A stretch of 64,000 nt of DNA from an uncultured Candidatus Poseidoniales archaeon (lineage in GTDB: Archaea > Thermoplasmatota > Poseidoniia > Poseidoniales > Poseidoniaceae), in assembly GCA_902625885.1 (NCBI GenBank), contig CACODE010000002.1, forward strand, positions 8,454 to 72,453, written 5' to 3'. The position numbers and the translations under genes were made by a program. The notes under the pieces are model-generated. The model saw only the letters and a program-made list of their open reading frames with translations. It ran no database searches and was not told where the DNA came from. Of the stretch, positions 36,381-45,845 are shown one piece after another (position 1 is the first letter of the stretch; each line of letters begins with the position of its first letter).

Positions 36381-38945
36381 ATGAGGGTCGGCCGGCTGCA
36401 GTTGACCATGTGGGGGGTCACGATGTGGATGGCCCTGGGCGCCATCTGTTGGCTGTTGGTGAACCCTCGACTGCACGAAACCAAGCCGTGGTTGTCAGCG
36501 GGCCTGCACCTTGCCATGGTGTTGCCCTTTGTCTCGCTTGTTCGCCTTTTCTTGGTTGATGACACCTCGGTTTTCCACGTCGCCACGTTTGGTGGCGCCG
36601 ACCTTCCGCTGAAGTACCGTTTTGCAGCGACATGGGCGGCCCGAGAAGGCCCCTTGCTGATGTGGATCGGCTGGATGTCCCTCGTCGCATGGATATGGCG
36701 ACGCCCGCTACCGGGCGAGCGCTTTGGAACGGTTGACGCTCACGCTTGGCGGCTGAGAATCTCGCACGTCATGAGCCTGACCCTCCTGCTCGTGTCCTTT
36801 TCCCTTGACCCGTTCAAACCGAGCCCCGAATTCTTCCAGCGAGTTGGCCTTAACCCGCTCCTGCAGACCAACTTGATGATCATTCATCCACCGCTTATTT
36901 TCCTCACCTATGCGTTGTGCTTGCACCTCACCGCCATCGCTCTTGCAGCGGCCTACACGAACGAAACGGGCAATCTTGGGGAACGCATGCTCCACCTCGC
37001 TCGTCCAGGATTGCTGGTGGCCACCCTCGGTATTGGCCTTGGCGGCCTGTGGGCGTACCTGATTCTCGATTGGGGCGGGTATTGGGCTTGGGACCCGGTT
37101 GAGACGGGGTCGTTTCTTCCTTGGCTCGCCTTGGTGATGATCGTCCACCTCCGGACAAGGCCGGGCGTGGTTCGGCCTGAAATCTGGATTGGCGGCGGTT
37201 TGGCCACCGGTGTTCTGGCGCTTTTCGCCACCACCGTCACGCGAGCCGGCGGGGTTTGGGCATCGTCGGTCCACACCTTCGTCACCAACGAAAGCAGCAC
37301 ACCACCGAGCGATGTCTTTGGACGCTTGATGATCCTCAGGGACGATGCGGCGGCCACCGAAATCATGACCTATCTCACCTGGATGTTCGTGCTCATCGGT
37401 TGTTGGTTGGCCGTTCAACGCGCCGCTGCCGTGCGGAAGCCGCTCTCCACCCAAACCGTGTGGGTCTCGTGCATTCCCGCTGGCGTTGCTCTCCTAGGTT
37501 GCATCGTGTTCACGGGCAGCGACGGTGTGGGCCTGTCGTGGAACGCCGTGCCGGCATTTACCTTCATCGGCGTTCTCTTCATCCCGATGGCGCTTGTTGC
37601 GAAGGGTGAACCACTCCCTCAGCAACAAAAAGATGCGCCGTGGACGTACCATTCGCTCACGCCGCTCCCTCTCGACGTTGGCTTTGCCGTTCTGCTCTAT
37701 GCGCTCACCGGTGACCTCTGGATCACCACCGCCAGCACCGTGCTTTTCGTCCCACTCTACCGGTCGGAGGACGCCCTCAAAGCGTGGCCGTGGGCGGCCG
37801 CCGGCGTCATGCTGGGCCTTTCTTTGGCTTGGTCTCAAGCCATGAGCATCCCTGTTGCGGGCTTGATGTTGCTCGCCTACGTCCTGCCGTGGCTGCTGGC
37901 GCCGCAAAACGAAGAGGTGGTCGGCCTCGCTCTCGACGCTCGCAAAGGCCAACAACGCATCGTGCGCTGGGGCAGCGTCTTGCTGGTCAGTTTGTACCTC
38001 ATTTTGACATGGGTCTTGCTGCTCACGAGCATTGATGCCGTGAATTTTGAGGCTCACGAGCTGTACGGTGCGCCATTTCTCGCCGCTTTAGGGGCGGGGT
38101 TGTTTGTGTACAACCGAAGGGATGACAACCCCAAAACAACACTCGGACTTCTAGGAGGAGGCCTTGCGTTATCGGTGGCTGGCATGATTTGGGCTCCCGA
38201 CGCCTTCGGAAGGGATGCGGCAACCATGGTCTCGGACAACCTGACTCGCGGGCACATCGTGTGGATGTCGCTCCCCATGCTGGTGCTGGCGCTCGCCCCG
38301 GTCTCTCGAGAGGTCGTGTCGCACCTGAAATCCACCGGAGAAAACGGCTGGTTGAAGCGCGTGCCCATGGGGGCCCACATCGTCCATTTCGGCCTACTCT
38401 TGCTGTTGCTCGGCCACCTTTCCACGACCGTGCTGGTCGATCGCGGCGATGCCAGCCATCGGTTGTCCTTGGTCAAAGACGAAACCATCGTCTATGAGGA
38501 CATGGGCTTTGAATTCACAGGGCTGGAAAACCAGTCCACTGGGCTTGAGGTCGGCGACGGTTTCATCGGCGCGAACATCAACGTCTACGAAATGGAAGAC
38601 GGCGACCAACGAACGCTCATCGGCGAGGTGACGCCCGGAACGCTTCGCTTTGACAGCCAAGGCTTCCCAAGGTCCGAAGTGGCGACGCTAACCAGATGGA
38701 CGGGGGATGTGGTGTTCATCTTCGACGGAAGTCAAGCAGGGACGCTCATGACCGCTGCAGGCGATGGTGGTCTGGAAAGCATCGAACTTGTGCGGGTGAC
38801 CATTTACGATCTACCGCATTCGCACGCCGTGTGGATCGGCTGGTGCACGATGATGCTGGGCATGGCGCTCATCGTTATCGCGGGAGCAGAAAAAGCAGCG
38901 TCCTCCAACGGAGAAGATGGAAAATGGCGTGTTGAGGAAGAATGA
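36381..38945 (+). CDS. ccmF: Cytochrome c-type biogenesis protein CcmF-like (heme lyase, WWD family)
   Basis: Trp-rich WWD motif WGGYWAWDPVETGSFLPWL, at least 13 TM segments, and a C-terminal periplasmic-type domain. 854 aa. Confidence 0.7.
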   Translation: MRVGRLQLTMWGVTMWMALGAICWLLVNPRLHETKPWLSAGLHLAMVLPFVSLVRLFLVDDTSVFHVATFGGADLPLKYRFAATWAAREGPLLMWIGWMSLVAWIWRRPLPGERFGTVDAHAWRLRISHVMSLTLLLVSFSLDPFKPSPEFFQRVGLNPLLQTNLMIIHPPLIFLTYALCLHLTAIALAAAYTNETGNLGERMLHLARPGLLVATLGIGLGGLWAYLILDWGGYWAWDPVETGSFLPWLALVMIVHLRTRPGVVRPEIWIGGGLATGVLALFATTVTRAGGVWASSVHTFVTNESSTPPSDVFGRLMILRDDAAATEIMTYLTWMFVLIGCWLAVQRAAAVRKPLSTQTVWVSCIPAGVALLGCIVFTGSDGVGLSWNAVPAFTFIGVLFIPMALVAKGEPLPQQQKDAPWTYHSLTPLPLDVGFAVLLYALTGDLWITTASTVLFVPLYRSEDALKAWPWAAAGVMLGLSLAWSQAMSIPVAGLMLLAYVLPWLLAPQNEEVVGLALDARKGQQRIVRWGSVLLVSLYLILTWVLLLTSIDAVNFEAHELYGAPFLAALGAGLFVYNRRDDNPKTTLGLLGGGLALSVAGMIWAPDAFGRDAATMVSDNLTRGHIVWMSLPMLVLALAPVSREVVSHLKSTGENGWLKRVPMGAHIVHFGLLLLLLGHLSTTVLVDRGDASHRLSLVKDETIVYEDMGFEFTGLENQSTGLEVGDGFIGANINVYEMEDGDQRTLIGEVTPGTLRFDSQGFPRSEVATLTRWTGDVVFIFDGSQAGTLMTAAGDGGLESIELVRVTIYDLPHSHAVWIGWCTMMLGMALIVIAGAEKAASSNGEDGKWRVEEE

Positions 38946-39008
38946 CCACTTCCAATGGAATTATGAAGGGGGGGCTGGTCGCCGAATCATCACCTTGGAG
39001 GCTAAACC

Positions 39009-39848
39009 ATGGAAGAAGGAACAATTGTTCACGTTGACTACGAACTCTACAACGGCGAAAGCGGCGACCTGATCGAGACCACTCGTGAAGAGGTTGCGAA
39101 AGAACACGAAACCCATCAAGAGGGTCGTTCCTACACGCCCATGGTGTGCGTCGTTGGCGCCGGCAACCTCATCCCCGGATTTGATGCCGCCCTCTCCGAC
39201 GCCAAAGCCAACAAGGAAACCGAAGTGGTCATCCAACCCGCAGAAGCCTACGGAGAGAAGGACCCGCAACAAATTGAAACCATCAGCATCGACAAACTCA
39301 TCCGTGCCGTGAAGGATCCAAACGCCCTCTACATCGGGGCTCCTGTCAACATCGGCAACCGGCAGGGCTACCTCTCCTACCTTGCTGCTGGACGGGCTCG
39401 CATCGACTACAACCACCCAATGGCAGGGAAGACGCTGAAGTATTCCTTCAAAGTCGTCAAGGTCGTCGAAGGCAAGGAAGAACAAGTGATGGCTCTGCTT
39501 GAGTCCAACACCGGACACAGTGATTTCGGCGTGGCCTTTGACGGTGACGATCTTAACATCACCATTCCACAAACCATGCTGTTTGACACCAACGCTGCCA
39601 TGATGAAATTCCGCTTGGTGACCATCATTCGAGACGCCGTTGAGTGCGGCAAGGTGTCGTTCATTGAAGTGCACGAACCCCGAGGCTTCGGTCTTGACGC
39701 CGATGACGAAGAAGAGGCTTCAACCGATGGAGAAGACCTCTCCAAGCTCTCGGTTGCGGAACTCAAGGAACGGCTGAAAGCCGCAGGCCTTCCCGTCAGC
39801 GGCAAGAAAGCGGACCTCATCGCTCGTCTTTCTCAGGAAGAAGAGTGA
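39009..39848 (+). CDS. Long-type archaeal FKBP peptidyl-prolyl isomerase (SlyD-like with IF domain) with a C-terminal SAP motif
   Basis: VHVDYELY...VVGAGNLIPGFDAAL...IDYNHPMAGKTLKYSFKVVKV is the FKBP fold. The C-terminus reads LSVAELKERLKAAGLPVSGKKADLIARL. Confidence 0.8.
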   Translation: MEEGTIVHVDYELYNGESGDLIETTREEVAKEHETHQEGRSYTPMVCVVGAGNLIPGFDAALSDAKANKETEVVIQPAEAYGEKDPQQIETISIDKLIRAVKDPNALYIGAPVNIGNRQGYLSYLAAGRARIDYNHPMAGKTLKYSFKVVKVVEGKEEQVMALLESNTGHSDFGVAFDGDDLNITIPQTMLFDTNAAMMKFRLVTIIRDAVECGKVSFIEVHEPRGFGLDADDEEEASTDGEDLSKLSVAELKERLKAAGLPVSGKKADLIARLSQEEE

Positions 39849-39900
39849 ACGTCGGAAAACCGATAGCCAAGGTTTGGTTGGGAAGTCTTGCTGAGGCGGG

Positions 39901-41283
39901 ATGACGATGTCCGAAAACGATGCTGTCGCACAGTTTTCCCCACCTCTCCCTTCCAACGAATACTCCCCTGTGGAAAAAATCGTCATATGGACTGCCATCG
40001 GTCTTTCCATTGCCGTTCTCTCGGGTCTGGTTCTCGCTTTTGATACCGTGTGGACCGACACCCTGAAACCGATCATTTGGGACCCTGTAGTCGAAGACGC
40101 CGGCGTCGCTGGCGATGCCGGGTACACCCCACAGAACACCACGATATACACCTTGAGCATGCTTGGCTGCGTGGTGCTGTTTCAAGCGCTCTTTCGCAAG
40201 TGGAACCTGCCCACGGACGAGAAAATGACCCTCGCCCTCATCGCATGGGTTTGTTTGGCTCCCGTGTTAAGGGTGCTTGAGGACGCTGACTTTTTTGCAT
40301 CCACCCACGACGTACTGTTCATTTCCCCCATCATTCATCTTCACCTCGCAGCGTGGTTAATTGCCGTGGCTTTCATCAGCCATCGTCTCGGGCGACGGTT
40401 TGATGGCCAGCACAACGACCGTGCCCAAGAAGCCCAAGCAACCTTGCTCGGAGGGTTCCTGTTTACAGCGCTCATGCTTCACTGGTACTGGCTTTATGTG
40501 CCTGCTCACCAAAGCCACCCCGACGTTGATTTTACCGTTGCCACGGCAGGGCTCTGTGTTGCTATTGTAACGCTTTGGATGACGTTGGTCTGGACCAGAA
40601 CATGGCCTGCCATCACTCGCGGCATGATGGCTTTCGCCACCAGTGCTGTGGTGTTGGGTGTAGCGTACTGGGTTCAATTCATGGCCACGCCGTGGGCACA
40701 AGAAAGCGGAAAGGCATCGGGCGAAATCACGTTCTGGCCGGTGTGGATCGTGCTCGGCCTACCGGCACTGGTTTGCGTTGCCCTCTACCGAGCGGGGAAG
40801 GAAGACGCCATGCAACTCAGCCTCACGGGCCACACGGCAGGCGTGCTGCCAGCGGACGTTGGCATCAAGCAATGGGAGGAAGAAAGCGAGGCGTGGGCGG
40901 AGCACCCTGTTGAGTTCTTGTCGAACAAAGCCCTTCTGGCTCATCCCATGGTGTTGGGCATGGTGTTTGGACAACTGTGCGACGGTTTTGCGACCATGGT
41001 CGGCATCGACATGTTTGGTTATGGCGAGAAACACCCCGTCAGCGACGCCGTTATCCAGTTTGGTGGAACCATCAACGATTCGGTTGGCCTTGACTGGGGC
41101 GAAGGAGCGTGGCTTTTTGCTCTGGTCAAGACCCTCCTCATCGGCCTCATCGTGTGGCTGTTTGTCCAGATGCGGGTTGAAAAGCGGCAGGAACATTTCC
41201 GACTCCTCATCGTTCTGGCCGTCCTTATCGTCGGCCTTGCTCCAGGTCTGCGAGACATCGGACGATTGATGCTGGGCGTCTAG
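39901..41283 (+). CDS. Polytopic membrane protein, DUF63-like
   Basis: 460 aa with about 10 TM segments. The C-terminal motif GQLCDGFATMVGIDMFGYGEKHPVSD resembles my recollection of archaeal DUF63 proteins. Confidence 0.4.
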   Translation: MTMSENDAVAQFSPPLPSNEYSPVEKIVIWTAIGLSIAVLSGLVLAFDTVWTDTLKPIIWDPVVEDAGVAGDAGYTPQNTTIYTLSMLGCVVLFQALFRKWNLPTDEKMTLALIAWVCLAPVLRVLEDADFFASTHDVLFISPIIHLHLAAWLIAVAFISHRLGRRFDGQHNDRAQEAQATLLGGFLFTALMLHWYWLYVPAHQSHPDVDFTVATAGLCVAIVTLWMTLVWTRTWPAITRGMMAFATSAVVLGVAYWVQFMATPWAQESGKASGEITFWPVWIVLGLPALVCVALYRAGKEDAMQLSLTGHTAGVLPADVGIKQWEEESEAWAEHPVEFLSNKALLAHPMVLGMVFGQLCDGFATMVGIDMFGYGEKHPVSDAVIQFGGTINDSVGLDWGEGAWLFALVKTLLIGLIVWLFVQMRVEKRQEHFRLLIVLAVLIVGLAPGLRDIGRLMLGV

Positions 41284-41347
41284 CGTCAATGACCGGCTTC
41301 CATGCAATTAAGTGCAGGTCTCCCCTCGGACGTTTTGAGGGCTCAGC

Positions 41348-42958
41348 ATGGACAGACTGCCAACCAGAGTCAATCGAGCAGACCCCGACTTTGCGCAACG
41401 AAAAGAGCGAAATCTGAGCCTGCTGGAAGAATTGCGGCAACGGCTTGACACCGCTTCAGAAGGCGGTGGAGGGAAGTACGTTGACCGGCATCGCTCCCGA
41501 GGCAAACACCTCGCTCGCGAACGAATTGAGCAGATCATTGACCCGGGAACAGCGTTTCTTGAATTGTCCCCTTTGGCCGCTTTCGAGCTTTACGATGGGC
41601 GAGCGCACTCGGCTGGAATCGTGACGGGCATCGGCATGGTTCACGGCAGAGAATGCCTCTTTGTTGCCAACGACGCCACGGTCAAGGGGGGTTCGTACTA
41701 CCCGATGACCGTAAAGAAACACATCCGCGCACAAACCGTGGCCCACGAAAATCACCTACCGTGCATTTACCTGGTCGATTCAGGCGGCGCCTTTCTTCCC
41801 ATGCAAGACGATGTGTTTCCCGACATTGGCCACTTTGGCCGAATTTTCAGAAACCAAGCCCGAATGTCCGGGGACGGCATTCCTCAAGTGGCGGCTGTTT
41901 TGGGTTCCTGCACGGCTGGCGGCGCCTACGTTCCAGCCATGTCAGACGAATCCATTATTGTCAAAGGCAACGGCACAATCTTTCTCGCAGGTCCACCGCT
42001 CGTGAAGGCGGCCACAGGAGAAGAGGTGACGGCGGAGGAATTGGGTGGGGCTGATGTTCACACCGCACAGTCGGGTGTCGCCGATCACTTTGCAGAAGAC
42101 GAAAACGAAGCGCTCAGGATGGTCCGAAACGTCATCGAGAACCTCGGTCCCGCCGAAAAAACGCCAGCCGCCATGGCCGCACCAGAGCCACCGGCCCACG
42201 ATGTTGAAGATTTGTTGGGGCTCATTCCAGCAGACAACCGGACCCCGGTCGATGTCCGCGAACTGATCGCACGTGTTGTGGACGGCTCGCGCTTCCACGA
42301 ATTCAAATCGAGATACGGTACCACCCTGGTCTGCGGTTTCGCCCACATCCATGGGCACAAAGTTGGCATCGTGGCAAACAACGGCATCTTGTTTTCAGAA
42401 TCCAGCCAAAAAGGCGCTCATTTCGTGGAACTCTGCGGCCAGAGAGGGATACCCCTCGTGTTCCTGCAAAACATCACCGGTTTCATGGTGGGCAAGGCCT
42501 ACGAGGCGGGCGGTATTGCAAAAGACGGGGCAAAACTCGTCACGGCCGTTTCGTGTGTGAACGTTCCGAAGTTCACCGTCATTGTTGGTGGGTCGCACGG
42601 AGCAGGAAATTACGGCATGTGTGGACGCGCTTACGACCCGCGCTTCCTGTTCATGTGGCCCAACAGCCGAATTTCGGTGATGGGTGGGCCGCAGGCTGCG
42701 GACGTTCTCACGACGGTCAAACAGGACCAGCGACAACGGGAAGGGAAACCGCCCATGGAAGGCGAAGAACTCGAGGCGTTTCGCCGACCGATTCTTGAGA
42801 AGTACGAAACCGAAGGGAGCCCGTATTACTCAACCGCCCGCCTGTGGGACGACGGTATTATCGACCCGAGGGACACGAGGGACGTGCTCGGTTTGTGCCT
42901 CGCCGCAGCCAGAAATGCCCCCCTACCGGACCATCGGTACGGTATTTTCAGAATGTAA
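41348..42958 (+). CDS. Acyl-CoA carboxylase carboxyltransferase subunit (methylcrotonyl-CoA carboxylase beta-like)
   Basis: [30 protein letters not shown]-terminus, [29 protein letters not shown]. Context also fits: an enoyl-CoA hydratase and biotin carboxylase follow downstream. Confidence 0.85.
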   Translation: MDRLPTRVNRADPDFAQRKERNLSLLEELRQRLDTASEGGGGKYVDRHRSRGKHLARERIEQIIDPGTAFLELSPLAAFELYDGRAHSAGIVTGIGMVHGRECLFVANDATVKGGSYYPMTVKKHIRAQTVAHENHLPCIYLVDSGGAFLPMQDDVFPDIGHFGRIFRNQARMSGDGIPQVAAVLGSCTAGGAYVPAMSDESIIVKGNGTIFLAGPPLVKAATGEEVTAEELGGADVHTAQSGVADHFAEDENEALRMVRNVIENLGPAEKTPAAMAAPEPPAHDVEDLLGLIPADNRTPVDVRELIARVVDGSRFHEFKSRYGTTLVCGFAHIHGHKVGIVANNGILFSESSQKGAHFVELCGQRGIPLVFLQNITGFMVGKAYEAGGIAKDGAKLVTAVSCVNVPKFTVIVGGSHGAGNYGMCGRAYDPRFLFMWPNSRISVMGGPQAADVLTTVKQDQRQREGKPPMEGEELEAFRRPILEKYETEGSPYYSTARLWDDGIIDPRDTRDVLGLCLAAARNAPLPDHRYGIFRM

Positions 42959-43000
42959 TTTTTCAATATAGAATTCAAATTTGCAATTGGAGATTTTGAC

Positions 43001-43864
43001 ATGAAGATGGACAACCCACCCACCACATCCATGGTATCGCTCACCATCGATGGCTCTCAAGCCAACATCACGCTAACACGGCCGGATAAATTCAATGCGA
43101 TGAACGTTGAACTCATCCAGGAATTGATCGCCCTTTTGCAGTGGACGGCGGAGCGAAGTGCTGGAGCCATGGATGCGTTGCATGATGAAAACAACCAGCC
43201 CTACTTGCGGACTGTCGTTCTTCGCGGGGAAGGAAAGCACTTCTGTGCCGGAGCAGACATCAACATGATGAGGGACGCTGGCGCCAACACACCCGAAGAA
43301 AACAGAGCCGATTCCGAACGTCTCGATCGCTTGTTCAACGGGTTGTGGTCGCACCCATGCTTCACCATCGCCGCCGTCCAAGGCGTGGCCCTGGGCGGGG
43401 GTGCTGGATTGATCTCCTGCTGCGACTATGTCGTAGCCACGCCAAACATACGCATTGCGTTGTCCGAGGGCAAGCTTGGCATTCTACCGGCCGTGATCGG
43501 CCCTTATGTTTACAGAAGGTTGGGTTCTGCTACCTTTCGAAGATTGGCCATGCAAGCCGGCCGGGTCGGCGCCGAGGAAGCCTTGCGAATCGGCTTCATC
43601 GAGGAACTTGTTGACACCAAAGAAGGAATGGAAACGGCGATTGAGGCTATCGTTAACGAAGTCATGACCACGGGACCTTCCGCCGTGACGCTGGCCAAAG
43701 AGCTCACCCTCGGCTTCGACCGATGGACGCAGTCGGACGAAGCGTTGCGAAACTGGACGCTCGACTTTACCAGCAGGATGCGGGGTTCAAAGGAAGGGCA
43801 GGAAGGGTTGTCGTCGTTCCTCGAAAAGCGCCCGCCCGAGTGGAAACCATCGAAGGAAGAGTAG
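43001..43864 (+). CDS. Enoyl-CoA hydratase/isomerase family (methylglutaconyl-CoA hydratase-like)
   Basis: LRGEGKHFCAGADI oxyanion motif and GVALGGGAGLISCCDY. Confidence 0.8.
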   Translation: MKMDNPPTTSMVSLTIDGSQANITLTRPDKFNAMNVELIQELIALLQWTAERSAGAMDALHDENNQPYLRTVVLRGEGKHFCAGADINMMRDAGANTPEENRADSERLDRLFNGLWSHPCFTIAAVQGVALGGGAGLISCCDYVVATPNIRIALSEGKLGILPAVIGPYVYRRLGSATFRRLAMQAGRVGAEEALRIGFIEELVDTKEGMETAIEAIVNEVMTTGPSAVTLAKELTLGFDRWTQSDEALRNWTLDFTSRMRGSKEGQEGLSSFLEKRPPEWKPSKEE

Positions 43865-45378
43865 GGGGTCTTGAAATCAAAGTCTTGGTGGCCAATCGCG
43901 GTGAAATCGCCTGCCGCATCTTGCGCGCATGCAAGGAAGCGGGCCACCCTACCGTCGCCATCTGCGCCCCAAACGATGATGGAAGCCTGTTCACCGAACT
44001 CGCCGACGAGGTTGTTTTGCTGAGCGGCGACTCCATCGCCGAGACCTACCTCAATCAGCAGCAAATTCTAGCGGCTGCGAGCAAAACGGGTGCCACAGCT
44101 GTTCACCCCGGTTTCGGCTTTCTTTCCGAGCGAGCCGACTTCGCTACGGCCGTTTCAGAAGCGGGCCTTGTGTGGATTGGTCCATCGGCCAGCGCCATTG
44201 AAAAAATGGGCGACAAAATGACGGCTCGGCAAACCATGCGCGCCGCCGGCGTTCCTGTGATTCCCGGCGAAGAAGTGGACGGGGACGGCGAAGGCGCGCT
44301 GGCGACCCTTCGCCAAGCCGCAGAGCGGGTTGGCTACCCGCTTTTGCTCAAGGCATCAAGCGGCGGCGGGGGCAAAGGCATGCGCGCCGTTCACGAGCCT
44401 GGTGAGTTCGATCAGGCCGCTGCGGGTGCACGAAGAGAAGCCATCGCAGCCTTTGGCGACGGTCGGATTTACATCGAACGGTTGCTGTCGGGGTCAAAGC
44501 ATGTGGAAATTCAGGTGCTTGCCGACCAGCACGGCCGGACCATCCACCTTGGAGAGCGAGAATGCAGTGTCCAACGAAGGCATCAGAAGGTGTTTGAAGA
44601 GGCCCCAGGGCCAACGATGACACCCGAACTCAGGGAGGCGATGGGTCAAGCGGCTGTTGCTGCAGCCCAAGCCGTTGATTACGTCGGTGCGGGAACCGTG
44701 GAGTTTCTTCTGGCCCCAAGCGGGGAGTTTTTCTTCCTTGAGATGAACACGAGAATCCAGGTTGAACATCCGGTCACCGAACTGGTAACGGGCGTTGATA
44801 TTGTCCGCGAACAACTCAGAATCGCAGCGGGCGAACCAATGTCCTGTGGCCCGTTGATGATTCGAGGCCACGCCATCGAAGTTCGACTCTATGCAGAAGA
44901 CGCCGCGAACGGTTTCCTGCCGTCAATCGGGCCGTTGGCCGTGTTTCGCCCACCGGAAGGGCCGGGTATTCGGCTCGATACTGGCGTAAGGGAGGGTGAT
45001 GAGGTCACGCCAAACTACGACCCCATGCTCGCTAAACTCATCGTCTGGGCGCCGTCGCGCGGCGAAGCGCTTGAAAAAATGAGGCGAGCACTGGACGAGT
45101 TTGTCGTCCTTGGCACCACGACCAACATTGAATTCCTGCGCGACCTTTGCGATGCGGTGCCGGTTGTCGACGGCTCCACCACAACCACCACCATTGACGA
45201 CCTTTGGCCAAGCGGATGGAACCCGCCCCACGACCTGATGCTGGAAGAAGCCGCTCTCCTCGCTGCTGCGAGCGCCGAAACCATGGGGTTGCACCGGCGA
45301 AACGCCACAGGTGATTCATCCGGCACCGCTCAAGGGCCTCCGAGCCCGTTCACCACGCTGCAAAGGAGGTACCCTTGA
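43723..45378 (+). CDS. Biotin carboxylase subunit; start codon uncertain, homology begins about 43869
   Basis: KVLVANRGEIACRILRACKE, ATP-grasp motifs (LLKASSGGGGKGMR, EMNTRIQVEHPVTE). The only upstream ATG (43723) overlaps the hydratase gene by 142 nt and encodes non-homologous sequence. No BCCP domain in this ORF. Confidence 0.85.
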   Translation: MDAVGRSVAKLDARLYQQDAGFKGRAGRVVVVPRKAPARVETIEGRVGGLEIKVLVANRGEIACRILRACKEAGHPTVAICAPNDDGSLFTELADEVVLLSGDSIAETYLNQQQILAAASKTGATAVHPGFGFLSERADFATAVSEAGLVWIGPSASAIEKMGDKMTARQTMRAAGVPVIPGEEVDGDGEGALATLRQAAERVGYPLLLKASSGGGGKGMRAVHEPGEFDQAAAGARREAIAAFGDGRIYIERLLSGSKHVEIQVLADQHGRTIHLGERECSVQRRHQKVFEEAPGPTMTPELREAMGQAAVAAAQAVDYVGAGTVEFLLAPSGEFFFLEMNTRIQVEHPVTELVTGVDIVREQLRIAAGEPMSCGPLMIRGHAIEVRLYAEDAANGFLPSIGPLAVFRPPEGPGIRLDTGVREGDEVTPNYDPMLAKLIVWAPSRGEALEKMRRALDEFVVLGTTTNIEFLRDLCDAVPVVDGSTTTTTIDDLWPSGWNPPHDLMLEEAALLAAASAETMGLHRRNATGDSSGTAQGPPSPFTTLQRRYP

Positions 45379-45845
45379 TGCAGCATGTCTTTGCATCCAA
45401 CGACGGCCCGATCGAGGTCGCGCTCGTAAAAGACGGGGAGGCGTACACACTCGAAGGCCACTCGGTGACCAAGCACAGCCACGGAAGGTTACGTCTGCTT
45501 CTGCGGAACGGTCGCACGTGCCTGGCCCATGTCGCTAAGGTTGACGATACCTGGTGGGTTCACCTCAACGGGCGCACGTTCCGCTGGGAGCGGGTGGAAC
45601 CCGGATCTTCCAGCGCCAGCGACGAGGGAGGCTTGGTTGCCCCCATGCCTGGAAAGGTGCTCGAAGTCCACGTCAATGAAGGGGACGTTGTTGAGGCTGG
45701 CGAGCCGTTAATGGTGCTTGAGGCGATGAAAATGGAGCACCGCATCGTTGCTTCTGAGGCAGGAAAGGTAACGGCTGTTCATTTTGGCGTTGGCGAACAG
45801 GTGGCTCAAGGTGCGACGCTTCTCGAGATAGAAGAAGCATCATGA
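45375..45845 (+). CDS. Biotin carboxyl carrier protein (separate biotinyl-domain subunit)
   Basis: C-terminal PMPGKVLEVHVNEGDVVEAGEPLMVLEAMKMEHRI with the biotinylation motif EAMKM. ATGA-type coupling to the biotin carboxylase gene. Confidence 0.85.
   Translation: MMQHVFASNDGPIEVALVKDGEAYTLEGHSVTKHSHGRLRLLLRNGRTCLAHVAKVDDTWWVHLNGRTFRWERVEPGSSSASDEGGLVAPMPGKVLEVHVNEGDVVEAGEPLMVLEAMKMEHRIVASEAGKVTAVHFGVGEQVAQGATLLEIEEAS

Noticed and set aside
36708-38057. Several 100-250-aa ORFs overlapping the CcmF-like gene
   Set aside because: These are GC-rich alternative-frame artefacts. The + frame gives a coherent polytopic protein with the WWD motif.
43723-43868. ATG 43723 as the true start of biotin carboxylase
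   Set aside because: It overlaps the hydratase gene by 142 nt and encodes a non-homologous R/G/V-rich peptide. It is kept only as the ORF boundary because no canonical start is visible at the homology onset.
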